Shown: positions 27,873 to 42,189, counted from the stretch's first letter. The stretch: DNA of 64,000 nucleotides from the human T2T-CHM13v2.0 reference genome, Homo sapiens (GCF_009914755.1 NC_060931.1), one strand, 5' to 3'. The notes: a model not told the origin generated them from the letters alone. Translations and numbers: made by a program.

Positions 27873-29210
27873 CTTTTTTAAAAAGAAATAATGTGCAATG
27901 AATACAACACACTCAGGATTTAAGTAATCTGAGTATATGCATGTGTTGTGTTGTGGTTGCAGTTATATCATTCCCAATGGCATATTGTATATTTATTTTA
28001 ACATACAACTGTTTAAATCACACAGCTAAGTATTCCTTTCCTTCACCAAGATAACTGATGGCAAAATAGGTACTCTTGTTACTTAAACATTACTAGCATT
28101 ATTGCCATTTTTACATAACCTCTATGATTTTAATAAAGAAAATTATGTAAAAAAAAGAAGTCAAGGCATTATCTGTTATTGTGAGAAATGGGTTTTCAAG
28201 CCTAGAATATGTTACTTAATAACCTCTCAGCCCTAGTTGATTAGTTTCTCAGTCAGCCTGGGAGAATACCTGTTGGGAAATCACTGGTCTTAGTTTCCCA
28301 ATCAGGAGGCACCAATCTAACTATTGAAAAGTCCCCAGTTAACCAAATACACAAACCTGCTTAATTAAAAGTGTAGTTTTGGGATAGACATGTGGGTATT
28401 GATATATGTATTAGAAAAACTTAGGGTCTGTTGGTTTTGTTTCACTCCTGATACCAGAAATGATACCTTTCTTACGGGATCGTGGTATATCTGTCCTCTC
28501 TTATTATATAAGTGCATTTTAGCAAAGCTTAGTTTTATATTAAATTCAATTATAAAATGGGGGATTCTTTTTTAAGAAAAATTAAAATGTGTAAAAACTA
28601 AATTGAAAATCTTTGATGAGGAAAAAACTAAGATAAAAGTTGTTTCTAAAGCAGTTCTGTGATCACATTAGTTGATGGGCACATACGGGAAGCAGTTGCA
28701 ATTTAGTCTCTTTTCAGAAGAGCCCTTTGCTTGTAAAGAACTTTCTGATTCTAAAGTGTTAGGTGACCTTGTCTCAGTAGCTGTGGCATCTCTGAGGGCT
28801 TGGGGATAATGAAGTGAAGATGTAGACTGCCCTGTCTTGAATGATCTTAGGACATTTTAATAACCTTAAAGTGGACATTAGAATAATGGGAGTGGGCAAA
28901 ATGACATCATCTCAAGCCCAGGAAAAGTGTATGTTTTTATGATGTTTCTTATAACTTAAACCTCCCTGTACTTAACACCTTTCATAATTTCCTCCAGGTA
29001 AACCTATGTTCCTATCACCATAACTCTTATCACATAAAAAATAACTAATAGCACTGCAAAGATGTTTAGATGTATTTTAAAACTTCAAACATCTTGGGAC
29101 TGAAGACGTTACTTAGATCCATATATGTCCTATCCTTAATACAAAAAATATCATGATGATAGCAATCCTATAATCCTATCTAGCTCAAACTAACTATATC
29201 CCAAGCAGCA

Positions 29211-29255
29211 AAAAGAGGTGAAGAAGAAGGAGCAGGAAGGGGAGGAGGAGGACAC

Positions 29256-29296
<41 letters not shown>

Positions 29297-29510
29297 GGAA
29301 GAAGAATAAGAGGAGGAGGAGGAGGAAGAGGAAGAGGGAGGAGGAGAAGCAGGAGGAGGAGGTGGAGGAGGAGGAGGTGGAGAAGGAGGAGGTGGCGGGG
29401 GAGGGGAGAAGGAGAAGGAGAAGAGAAAAAGAAGAGGAAGAAGAGAAGAAGAAAGAGAAGGAAGAGGAATGGAAGAAGAAAAAAGAAGGATGTAGGGGAG
29501 GAGGAGAAAA
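29211..29510. repeat. Polypurine (GAA/GAG/GGA) low-complexity tract
   Basis: 300 nt with only 13 pyrimidines on the + strand (counted by eye). Confidence 0.98.
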
Positions 29511-31459
29511 CATTTATCACCATAAATTCTCAGTCCAAAGGGCTGTTGATGTATATAGATGAATAAACATGAGAGCAGCACAAGCCACAATGGAGCAGCA
29601 CTTTAGAGATTTTCAGTTCAGTTGCCTCCCCTTTAAGTTTCTCTAAATTAGAGCATTTCCAGACTAAACGTTCTTTCCTGAACCATGAACCATTGGCCCC
29701 GCCTGTCAGAAATTTAGAATTATTTCCATGTCTATGTACCTCATAGTAGATGTTGACATTCAATGAGGAATAAAAATAGCCTTAAAAAGAAAGCCTGCTT
29801 GTTCAGGGAATAATTTCTCTGCCTTTTCAGTTCAATACATTTAAAATGAGTTTTATTTTGTCTTCTCAAAACAACTAAAGTTCAGTATTATGGTGTATTC
29901 AAGTGTGTAGGTATTGAACCTCAAAGGACTTTTTAAGTTTAACTTTGTATGGAAAGTATATGATTATGTAGGTAGTCTTTGGATAATAATGGGTTATCAA
30001 GTGATTTTGAAAACTCTCAGATCCATCTTATTCTTTCTAAACCTCTTACTTTCCCTGTTCAGTCATGAGAACTCTGTATTTCCTGAGTGAAGAAAGAGGA
30101 GGAAACAGCTTTATTGAGGTAATTCAAATAGCTCAGATAATAGAGGAATGAGAGTCTATTATGGAATTTGCAGTAGATGTCCCCAGAATGGAGATAAGTA
30201 AAAATTTTCCCCAGACTCCTGCCATATGTAATCATTCAGTACAACCATCCTGTTCAAAAATAAGTTTGTTAACAAATTTTCCATGTGTCTCTAGAAGAGT
30301 GGTCATCAACAAATCAACTTAACAAAGTCAGGCATAAATAGACTAAATTTAGGTGCCCCAAAGTTGGAAATAAGATTAAGCTCTGTGATTGAAAATATAG
30401 GACTGATACCTAATAAATGGATAAAGTAGCTATTTAGAGATATACATTACAGAAAGAGAAGGTCTTCAAGTTTGGGGCTATAAAACTGGAGAAATCATGA
30501 AGTCCGATGAAAGCAAGATTGCCATTGAAATGCAGTCTCATCAAAGTTTAATCAGAATTGGGGCTGATGTAAAAGAACACTGGAATGTTGTAATTTCGTC
30601 TGAAAATGAAGTGTTTTCGCAGAAGGATGTTGGTTTACATGGAGTTTAGTTAGGGAATCTTAAAACCAAGGATTTGGCAGTGTTTATCTAACTGTGTCCA
30701 GGAGAGAAAAATGTGGAATCTGGCAGTCATATACAGAATGTTGGGGACAATTATGAGATTAAAGTCATGTGTCATTATTTTGCCTAAGATTTAGGAATAT
30801 TTCACTTCACTCTCCCTGTCAGGGATCCACAACAGAGCAAGGTCAGGAGACAGCAAAGCAAGTCATCACCGTTACTTAGCTGGAGCTCTGGCCCCGAGCA
30901 CTTCTGTGGACGTCTGGTCAATCAGGCTAGACCAACTGGAGGAAGTGGAGGCCAAAGTAGCCGCAGGCCAGAGCAGGCCAAATTACTAGTTCTGTCCATT
31001 CTACTGCAAGTCCCAACACAAGTAGATCTTACCGCTCCCAGGTCAGCAAAAGGGCACACAGAGTAGACCCACTGGCGACAGAGGAAAAGGAGCAAGGACA
31101 AGGAAAGAAGTTTGTGCCTTGGTGCCCAATGCTGCCTTCCTCAGACCTTGGGCTGGTCAGAGCAGTAGCTAACCTGCATGGGAGGAACATCCAAAACAGA
31201 GAGATTTGGCCAGGCCTGTTGGTCAAGCAGAATCCAATAAGCTCAGAATGATCCCTCCAAACTAGGTAACTTTTCTTCTGATTAGAAATTTTACTTCTCA
31301 AGTAATTTTTTAAAATCATAACTGAATATCCAAAATGGCAGATTTAAGTATTTCACTCACTGGAAAAGTTTAAAACATCATTGCAAAATAATGCAATGTT
31401 TTTCTGATTTATTTCCCAGTCTCTTAAGTTAAATTGCTTAGTGCATGTCAGTCTGTAAG

Positions 31460-31722
31460 GGAGGCTGTGCAGTGTAGTAGAAAGGATGAGGATTTGAAAC
31501 CATACTTACCTGAGTTCAGATGCTGATTCTGTCCGCCATTACCACTGTGTTACCGTGGACAAGTCATTTGAACAGTCTATGAACCTAAGTTTCCTCCACT
31601 TCTAACAAACAAACGAACAAACAAAAAAGGTGGCATATGGGGGTTGTTAGGGTTAAATGAAATAGCATTAGAACGTGTGTAGCACACAGCTTTGCAGGCA
31701 ATCAGCACTCAAAATATTAGAT
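31460..31722 (+). mobile_element. MIR
   Basis: gtgcagtgtagtagaaagg...acctgagttcagatg...ctgtgttaccgtggacaagtcatttgaac...agtttcctc. Confidence 0.8.
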
Positions 31723-33059
31723 GTCTTCTACCTCTGGCTTCTTTCCCCCTGAGATCCTGATCAATCCTCCATGGACCAACAAAATCAAACCTGTATGACT
31801 GTATGAATCTGCTATGGATTAGAGCAGGGTCCTGGAGGCCTACAAAGGCAGTGCCCTCAGTGGGCTCTGCTGGACCCGTCAGCTAAACCATTCCCTAAGG
31901 TATCTCTGTCTGTTCCTCATTGCTCACATTCGTGTGCAGAAACATGCACCCACCTCTAGCCATGCTCAGGCAACGTCAAGTATAATATACATGTAGTTTA
32001 AAAAAAAAACCCAGCAACTTCCCCTTAATAAATACATCTCTCATGAACCCTGGCATTTTGCACATAACATTTTTAAGATAGAGAAAATAAAAGTAGTATC
32101 AACCTCAATCTACATCAGTGAGCACTTGTTTTGTGTCACATTCTCTCCAGAGTTTTATACTGATTATTTTATTCAACCTCAACAACCATCTTTGAATTAG
32201 CTACTATTGTTATTATGCCCATCTCATAGATTAGAAGACAGAAGTCCACATCAAATGCACTTGACTTGGGAGGATAATTGATAATAATTTTCAACTATGA
32301 TTTTATTTACTGGTTGCATGCTATTTGTGCATTACTTATAGAAGTCATGTTGACTAAGTGAAGAAAAGACTGGGGAATACATTAAAACATTTCTCTAAAG
32401 CTGATTTTGAATGATATGAGCTTAAAATAAAACTATTTCAATATCACCTTTGTTAGATTGCCAGCAATGCCTGTAGGCTTTTACGCTGTGGTGAAACCTT
32501 AACTTTCCCCAAACTTCATGGTCACACTTCCATTTAAGCACAAAAAGGGTGTAGAGTCACAATATATTAAGTTATTTTTTGGCACCAGAAACAAGAAGTA
32601 CCCATCAGCAGTATGCCAACCTGTGCAAGAATTTTCACTAACTGGCCCTCAAGGGTCATGGCTCAGCAAGGTCATGACCATTCCATTTCCAGGCTTTGAA
32701 AGGTGCCGGGGCAAGCAGGAGTAAGGTAGGAAAATGTTGGCATGCACTGTTGCCACTTCTGCCAAAAGTCTGGCCCATCAATCAGAAAGCCAGCAGTCAT
32801 CTTTTTACTGAGAGAGTTGTACTGGGGGCAGCTGAAGCCACCCCTTTATCCTCAATTTTCATCCCACTACTGTTCAACAGCACCTCTTTCCCTGAATCGA
32901 TGTCAGATAATACAAATTCTAGCAGCAACCAAGAGTGAAATAGGACAGGCAATGGGGCCACTGGTGAACAGTTAATGAAATCCCCAAAAGAGAGAAGAAG
33001 ATCTGAGGATTGTAGTTTTCAGACTAAAGAAGTATCACTTGCTTGAAATGATCAAGAAT

Positions 33060-33870
33060 CCATTCATTCATTGAGCATTACTGAGGCCCTCCTACATGCA
33101 AGACTGTCTTCTAGGCACTGGGGAGACAGTCAAGGACAAGGTCCTGCCCTCAGGAAGCCTGCATTCTGCTGAGAAGGAGACAGATGACACACAGAGAATT
33201 TTAAAAGCCAGAGAATGACAATAATCACCCAGTTAATGGAAAGAGGCTAAAGGAATATGGTGAATAAATAGCACCTTACGATGGGGATGGTCGGGTACAG
33301 CCTCTTTGACGAGGTGCCCTTTAACTTGAGTTTCCAATGTCAGAAAGAAGCTTGTCAGGAGAAGATCCAATAGGTCACATTCTAGGTAGAGGGAACAGTT
33401 AAAGCAAAGGCTGAGGCTGCAAGGAGTTCATCTTGTTTGAGGAACTGTACAGGCCAAGTAGATGGAGTTTGGTGGCTGAGACTTTCAAGGAGAGTGGATC
33501 CAGATGAGACAAACAGACAAGGGAAGGCCAGACCTCACATGCTGGAGTGGCCACAGCAATGAGTCTAAACTTCATTCTAAGGCCAATGGGAAGTTGTTGA
33601 AAGGTTTTCAGTGATGATTCACAAAATCTGGTTTATATTTTCTAAGATCCTCCTGTTTGCCGTGTGGAAATGGATGGAAGGGGTGTGAGAGAGAAGGTGA
33701 GAGGACCGGTGAGCAGGAGTGCAGCAGCTTGGGAGAGAGAGCATGGTGGCTTTCAAGGGGGTGGCTGCAGGGGAATGGGGAAAAGGCACCAGGGTCAGGG
33801 CATGTTTGGAAGCAGTAAGTGGGACTTGTTCAATTAGCTGTGGTAAGGTGAGGGAGGAAGGAGGAGTTGA
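33060..33870 (-). mobile_element. L2 3' region
   Basis: cattcattcattgagcattactgag...ttctaggcactggggagacag...aggtcctgccctcaggaagc. Confidence 0.8.
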
Positions 33871-34395
33871 GGAAATCCAGTTGAGTTTTGTCGTGATTAA
33901 ATTTACATAATATTCAGAGAACTAGATAACAGCAGCAGGAGGAAACCTCTTAATCTAGTGTCTAGTGGAATACCGTGTGTGTGCATGCTATTAGAACAAT
34001 GAAGAAACTTCTATTAATTATGAAAAATGTGTATATATGCAAGTTTGTGTCTGTCTGTGATGCTATATAATAGGATATCAAACAAAATTTTTCCTGTTTT
34101 CATGGCTCAAAGCCAAGGACAATGTTTAGAGAGCCACCAGCCACCTCCTGCTTTTACTGAGAGGCACTAATGAAGACTTGGCTCTACCACTAACTCCTGC
34201 ATATATCTCATCCTCCTTCTTTTAAGCCACGGAATGTGAAGTAAGTCTCGCTGGGTGTGCAGTTTTCAAAAGTGCATCTGCCATCCCTACCCCACTCTGC
34301 TCATGAAACTGAATATGTTTGTCCATCCTCTGGGGAGACTAGCATCTTGTTACTCACTTGAGCATCTGCTTAGACAGAAAAAAGTTTGAAGATAA

Positions 34396-34685
<290 letters not shown>

Positions 34686-35353
34686 TGAAGATAAATATTT
34701 TAAAAATCAATAGTTTTCTAAATACCAGAAATAATTGGAAATAAAACCAAAACAAAAAAATTATACTTACATGAGCATTAGGAAAACAGACTGCCAGGAA
34801 TAATCCTTACAAGAAATTTGTGAAACCTCTATTTTTTAAAAAATGTACTTTATAAATACATAATAATATGTAATGATTTTTTAAACCAATTTTTAAATCT
34901 ATCTACTAAATATTGTATATAATTTATATATATTGAATATATGAAAATATGATTTTTCAGCTTAATATAGGGTTAAAATATCTATTTCCAATCCCAAAAA
35001 GATTTCCTTTGCAATTTGACAAAATAATTTCCAGGTTCACTAGAAAAAGGAACAGTTGAGACTAGAAAAATAAAAGGAAGCAGAGTTGTGGATGCTCCCT
35101 GTGAAATGCTAGGTACAAAACAAAGTGTTCATAAAAAGCTGCATGGACTCTAGAGTTCACAGACAAGTCACTGAACACAATGGCCTTAAAAAAGAAACAC
35201 GAATTGAACATTTCATAGCAAAGCATCCTAAGGCCATATAAGGGATGGATTTTCTTACCAAAATATATTGGGAAAATTATCTATTTCATTCAGAAACAAA
35301 GTCTAGCTGGAGACTTACTCAGACCATGCACTGAAATCAGTTGTAATGCATTA

Positions 35354-35940
<587 letters not shown>

Positions 35941-35954
35941 AATACAACTTACAT

Positions 35955-36270
35955 CTGGGCACAGTGGCTCACGTCTAAAATCCCAGCACTTTGGGAGGTC
36001 GACTCAGGGGGATCACTTGAGGTCAGGAGTTTGAGACCAGTCTGGCCAACATGGTAAAACTCCGTCTCTACTAAAAATACAAAAATTAGCTGGGCATGGT
36101 GGAGAGTGCCTGTAATCCCAGCTACTCAGGAGGCTGAGGCAAGAGAATCACCTGAACCCAGGAGGCAAGGTTGCAGTGAGCCGAGATCGCACCACTGCAC
36201 TCCAGCCTGGGCGACAGAGTGAGGCTCCATCTCGAATATAATAATAATAAATAATAATAATAATAATAAA
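35955..36270 (+). mobile_element. AluS(z)-like with (AAT)n tail, tandem to the previous Alu
   Basis: ctgggcacagtggctcacg...gaggctccatctcgaatataataataat. Confidence 0.94.
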
Positions 36271-36571
36271 TACAACTTAAAACTGGAGAAAAATCTTAGT
36301 ATATTTCCTACATAACATGACATTTTACTAAGCAATTAAAATATAGCTTATTAAAAATAGATAAAAGATACAAAGAGACATTTAAGAAGACAAAAAGCTA
36401 ATAAAGATTTTTAAATATCCAACTTCAGTAACAATCAAAGAAATGCAGGTTAAACACTACATAATGCCATTCTCACTTCTAAGATTTATAAATATTAAAA
36501 AGTTTATAATCCCCAAAGATATGAAAGGGTTGATGATACGTACTCTCATATGCCATAGCTAGCCTATTCTT

Positions 36572-36785
36572 CCTTTCTTTATTTTTTTGAGAAACTGCAA
36601 TCGTTTGGGGGATACAGGTGGTTTTTGGTTACATGGATACTTTCTTTAGTGGTGATTGCAGAAATTTTAACGCACCTGTTACCCAAGCAGTGGACACCCG
36701 TACCCAATATGTAGGCTTTTATCCTTCACCCCACTCCCAACCTTCTCCTCCACCAAGTCCCCAAAGTCCATTATATCACTCTTAT
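36572..36785 (-). mobile_element. L1PB 3' end
   Basis: ttggggatacaggtggtttttggttacatggat...ccccaaagtccattatatcactcttat. TSD AT(A/G)GCT(A/G)GCCTATTCTT. Confidence 0.88.
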
Positions 36786-37154
36786 ATGGCTGGCCTATTC
36801 TTTGGCACATTTCTAGAAAGCATTTTGGTGATACAAATTAAAAGCCTTATAAAATTTCTTATGCCATCATCTGCCCACTCCCACCCCCTAGTTATTGAGA
36901 TGGGCATTTAAGTATCGCAAACTTTAAACATAATTCCAGCTAAATTCTTGCAGTCCAGATGTGCGCTCTAGAACACGTAAGTTTTAATGAATCATTTGAT
37001 CATTTATTGGAGTCATCTTCACATTACTTTTGAAGAAAACACTGGTCTTTCCTCAGATTATCTTTCAGAGTTGGAGAATCTTTTATCCAACCGTATTTAA
37101 TCTTCCATCCAAGGATATGAATTCGACCTGATGGGCTATTGAAACTTTGGGGGT

Positions 37155-37526
37155 TGTACTAGTCTGTTCTCACACTGCTATAAAGATACTACCAGAGACT
37201 GGGTAATTTATAAACAAAGAGGTTTAGTTGACTCACAGTTATGCCTGGCTGGGAAGGCCTCAGGAAACATACAATCACGGCAGAAGGAGAAGCAGTCACC
37301 TTCTTCACAAGGTGGCAGGAGAGAGAGTGTGAGCGAGCAAAGGGGGAAGTACTTCTTCTAAAAGCATCAGCTCTAATGAAAACTCACTCACTATCATGAG
37401 AACAGCATAGGGAAAACCACTCCCATGATCCAATCAAGTCCCACTAAGCGGCCCCCTTGACACATGGGTATGGGGAATACAAATTGAAATGAGATTTGGG
37501 TGGGGACACAGAGCCAAACCACGTCA
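37155..37526 (-). mobile_element. THE1D/MST-type solo LTR
   Basis: TG...CA ends (tgtactagtctgttctcacactgctataaag...gagccaaaccacgtca) with a perfect 5-bp TSD GGGGT. Confidence 0.93.
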
Positions 37527-37664
37527 GGGGTCTCCTCTTTACCAGCCACAGAATCTTTGGATTCTCACTCCTTCAAAATGCACATGCTTGGGCAAAAATA
37601 CACTGTGTCCATCACAAGCCTTTAGTTCAATTTTGAATGGTGGATTAGCGTAAAATTCCTAGAG

Positions 37665-37832
37665 CAGTGGATCTCAAACTGTGCCATGACTTGAAATCAC
37701 CTGAGAGAGTTGATAGAAGAGTTTGTTGGTCCCCTGCTCCCAGTTTCAGATTCAGTAGACCTGGGGAAAGGCCTGCTAATTCACCTTTCTAACCAGCTTC
37801 CAAGTGATGCTGATGCTGGTGGAGAACCCCTG
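37665..37832. mobile_element. MER5A (hAT-Charlie MITE)
   Basis: cagtggatctcaaact...gaaatcacctg...gattcagtagacctgggg...ttctaaccagcttccaagtgatgctgatgctg. Confidence 0.8.
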
Positions 37833-38744
37833 GCCCAGAGGAAAGTATTTCTAAGGTGAGCAGGACAAGTAGTCACTTGGTTTTTGAGGGGGCCAAAATT
37901 TTGAATTAAAAACATGAAACTATGATAGAATTATTTCAAGCACATATCAGCTAGTGTGCGACAGAGATTTTGGTGCCATACCAATATCCTAGCCACACTC
38001 TGACAATCATTTACTACTTTTTAATGTGAGACCAGCCCTTGGTTTTCCAGTTAGACTTTCTTTTCCTAAAGGGCAAATTTCCATCTTAAACATTTTTTTA
38101 ATTCCCCATAGTTATTTGCACAGGTAGAGGATCAGTAGAGATATGCTTCTGAACTGAATTTATAAATCAAACATACCCTGAAAAGAGAGAATCCATAGAA
38201 AGTTTTGGGGTTGTAGCCACAGCTGCAATTTAGGATTTGGTGCTTAGCCCAGTTAAGAAATGTCACTAAATCCCTATCTTTCCATTATCCCAGTTGTAGC
38301 TGAGGATAAACTTTGAGGTTGAAGATTTTAATGATGGTAAAGCTCCTCTAAGAGTCCCTGGATGGACTTTATTTGAAGAAGCCAATAATAATGATGATCA
38401 TGGGATGAGGATAGTATTATTCAGTTCATGCCGGTTCTTAATGAAGTTGCGGGGAAAGAGAAGGAGAATGTGAGAGATGCAAATAAAGGAATTATCTCTG
38501 CCTGGGAAACAATTTTTAAAAGCCAACATTTCTCATGTATCGGCCTCGAGGTTTTCTTTTTTTATTTTTTAGGGAAGGTTTCTTGGAAAAAGCTGTTGAG
38601 GTTGGGTATCGAATGTTCTTTGTCTCCTTCTTTTTTATGTACTTATGTGGTTATATATGTATTTACTTTTATCCCAGCCATTGGGCAATATCCTATTTTC
38701 CCCTGATGAAGTTGGGGCTTTGGTGCCCTTTCCAGTTATAGTAA

Positions 38745-38960
38745 TAATAATGGTTAACTTGTTTATAGCACTTACTAATCACAAGGCACTGTCCTAAGTA
38801 TTTGACAAGTATTAATTCATTTAACTTATAACGGTCCTATTTTATTATTTATTTTATAGTTGAGAGCTCTGAAGCACAGAGAGATTAAGTAGCATGTCCA
38901 ACGTCAGCCAGGAAGTAATACAGCTGGGATTTATGCTGGTCAGTCTCTAACCACTATGCC
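38745..38960 (-). mobile_element. MIR
   Basis: tttatagcacttactaatcacaaggcactgtcctaagt...gaagcacagagagattaagt. Confidence 0.7.
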
Positions 38961-41469
38961 GAGCTGTGGGCTTAAAGCCATGCTGCTGAACTGCAATGGA
39001 ATACCAGGAAGCCACAGGCTCCAAATCAAAGGACCCCTGTGAAATTCTGGTCCAATCTATAGATGTCTTTGCACCCAATTTTTCATCCAGGTATAATCAA
39101 GGATCCTAATAATTACTTCACAGACTTCATAAAGTAAAATGATAATATGTATGCACAAACAACTACAACAGTCCCCTGAGCACGTGTACTCGGCACATGT
39201 GAGTTTCTGTCCTTATGAGAAGAAATCTTCACAACAAAGGAGGTGTGCATTCTCTGGCCCCATACATCTACGTGTTCTACCCATCCTTAGAGGCATTGTG
39301 GCTGAAGGTGAGAACATCCCTTGTGTCCTGGGGCATGCTGTGTTTAGAAGAGCTGTCACTCACACTCATACACATTTTGACTGAGTCAAAATTGCACCTA
39401 AAAGAGACAAGAAGGAAGCTCTCAACTAAACTGAATTTTCCAGGATTTGTCTATAGCAGAGAGACAGGGTGATATTTTAAATATTACCATCCCCAGGCCT
39501 CAGTGAACCAAACTCAAAAACTTTTCAAACTTTTCAAAAGCTGCAAAACAAAACAAAACAAAAAACTATGGGGCATGAAGATGCAGATGCATGCATACTT
39601 CCAGAGTAAGTCTCTGCAAGCCCATGACAACTCACAAAGGAGATAAGCCTTGGTGAGTCCAAGCTAAGATGGAGTGTGGGGCTTCAAGGCCAGCCACTGG
39701 CCAACAACTCACCTTTGAATGCCCAGTGCCCTGGGCTCTGCCCGCTGCCCTGCCCCAATGCATTGCCTACATCCTAGTAGACTTGGAGGCTTGCAGACTT
39801 TGCCTGAAGATGGTGGCAGGAAAACCAATGTGGAATAGGACCAACCTGTTGAAACTTCTATATGATCCAGAGACACCATGCACAGGGCATTGCTGCCACA
39901 CTTGCCACTGGGGAGTGGTTCTAAGGAGAGCAGGTGAAATGAAAAGCATGACTACTGTGTCTGACAAAGGCAGGGCTCCAGCAGGGCTTGCCTGTGTCAT
40001 CGTTCTAATATGAAGGCTTATGTTTCCTGGGGCACTGTTCTGAGAGTACTGTGTGAAATGACCCCTTTATTCTTCACAATGGCCCTTATTATCCTGTATT
40101 ATGAGACAGTTGAGACTTAGAGAGATTCAATGACTTGCCTGATTCCCACAGCCAGTAGCCCTCTCTCCAGGATGGTGCAAATCTTTAAAGGCATCGCCCT
40201 GCTCTCTGAAGGAAATACAATCTCCATCATAGCTGCAGGCAAGTCCCTGCAGAAACCAGCCCCTCAGTACCTCTCTACTGAAATTACTATTATTTTTTTG
40301 CCCCATTCTCATTCTGCATTTAGTCTACGGTGAATTGTGTTCATGTCTTCAAGTGTATTATATTCTGTCACCTCAGGACTTTTACATGTGTTTTCTCTGC
40401 CTGGAACCATTCTTTCCTATCTCCCTGTCCAGGACAATCACTATTCAGACTTCAGGGTAAACTTAGATCCAGTGTTTTCCCCAACAAGAAATTGGTAGTT
40501 ACTCATATAATCTGCTTTGTAGTACATTGTTCTTTGCTTATCATACATTTTACTTTATTGTATTGACTGATGGAGCTGTTGGTCTCCCCACTAGACACAA
40601 GGCTCTATGTGGCCAGACTTTGTCCACAGAGCATGGAGCCTTTCTCCACATGGGTGATCAATAAATATCATTGCATGAACAAAAACTTGAATTTCTTTTG
40701 CTTTGCTGTGTCATTTCCCCCACTATCCCATCTCTGACTCTGAAAATCCTAATTTAAAGTTCTTGCTGATAATTGGCCTCATCAGTTTGACTTATCAGTT
40801 TGACTTAAGACTTTGTTGTCTCCATGCTTGCCTAGCAAGAACCAAAATTCTTATATACCAAAATCCTTAGAGAGTTCCAAAGAAGTTATCATAATGCCAA
40901 AAAATAATGCGGAGCAGTCAAAAGGAAGGGTCTTTTTTTCCTTCTTAATTTAAAAAAACTCTTCTCCGATTTCCCTTGAAGCCACTGACACACACATAAC
41001 CCTGGTCTCACTGTAACCTCACAATCCAGGAAGCCACATATCATGTGCTTTGGCTCTTACAGGTCACTCATGCTCAGAAGCAGGGCAAGAATGAAAAAAA
41101 CACTAGTTTCAGGGGAAAAGAAAACTCAGGCCCTGTTCCCAGCACGGTAACTCTCTAGATGTGCTGATTTCTGCATGATGTTCAGTCTCTCTGGGTCTCT
41201 ATTTCCCTTTATTTCATAGAGTAGCTTTGAGAATTTAGTGAAGTAATATATGCCAGATGCCTAGGCAAGGGCCAAACATGTAACAAATAGTTGCTGATGC
41301 CAGTTTTCTTCTTTCCTTTGCCTTTATCTTGGGAGATTTTGGTTTAGGAATTTTATAGCATATCTGATACTATAAAATGATTAATCTGGTCATCAGTGGA
41401 TCTGTAAACACCTGGAAATTGCATGCAAAGTTGGGTATGTCTTCAAGGAACTTTATTTCTACAGAAAGT

Positions 41470-41888
41470 GTCTCTGTTAGCTTCCTGGGTCTGCTTTAAC
41501 AAAGTACCACAAACTGAGTGGCTTAAAAAACATAAACATATTGCCACACAGTTCTGGGGGCTAGAAGTCTGAAATCAAGATATGGGCAGGGATGGTTCCT
41601 TCTGAGAGCTGTGAGGAAGAATCTATTCAAGGCTTCTCTCCTAGCTTCTGGTAGTGCCAAGCATCCTTGGCTTGTCGATGGTTGTCTCCTTGCATCCAAA
41701 TTTGGTCTCTGTGTCCAAATTTCCTCCTTATATAAGGACGTCAGTTATTCTGGATTAGGTCCCACCCAAACGACCACATTTAACTTAATGATCTGCAGAG
41801 ATTCTATTTCCAAATAAGGTCACATTAATAGGCACTGGGGTTTGAACTCCAATGTTTCTTTTGAGGGGAAACAATTCAACTCATAAAA
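41470..41888 (-). mobile_element. MLT1 (B/C-type) LTR
   Basis: taacaaagtaccacaaactgagtggctta...cagttctgggggctagaagtctgaaatcaag...tatttccaaataaggtcacatt. Confidence 0.85.
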
Positions 41889-42189
41889 GAATACAGTTTT
41901 CATCAGATTCTTAACGGGGCTTATGGCCCTTCCAAAGACTAAGAACTAGTAACTGTAAAATCTACTTTATGGCTTATCCAATACCAACCTAACCAGCAAG
42001 CTTGTAGGCTTGAGATGGACCATGGTACGTCTTGAGTGCCAAATCATGGAGAAACACCAAGGCAATTGTGATGGGGTTGTTTATGCACGTGCTAATGGGA
42101 AAAAAGTACAGGAAGTATCTTTCTACATCAAACTTTATACCAGTTGGTAACCATTGCTGTTTGGTTAAAATCTTGCTGTGTTAAGAATT

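Noticed and set aside
29180-29590. Four overlapping 107-136 aa ORFs (poly-S/P/L/F/K/E)
   Set aside because: Artefacts of the stop-free polypurine repeat.
31502-31512. ATACTTACCTG as the start of a U1 snRNA gene or pseudogene
   Set aside because: The match stops after 11 nt and the following sequence is MIR rather than U1. Reinterpreted as a minus-strand donor.
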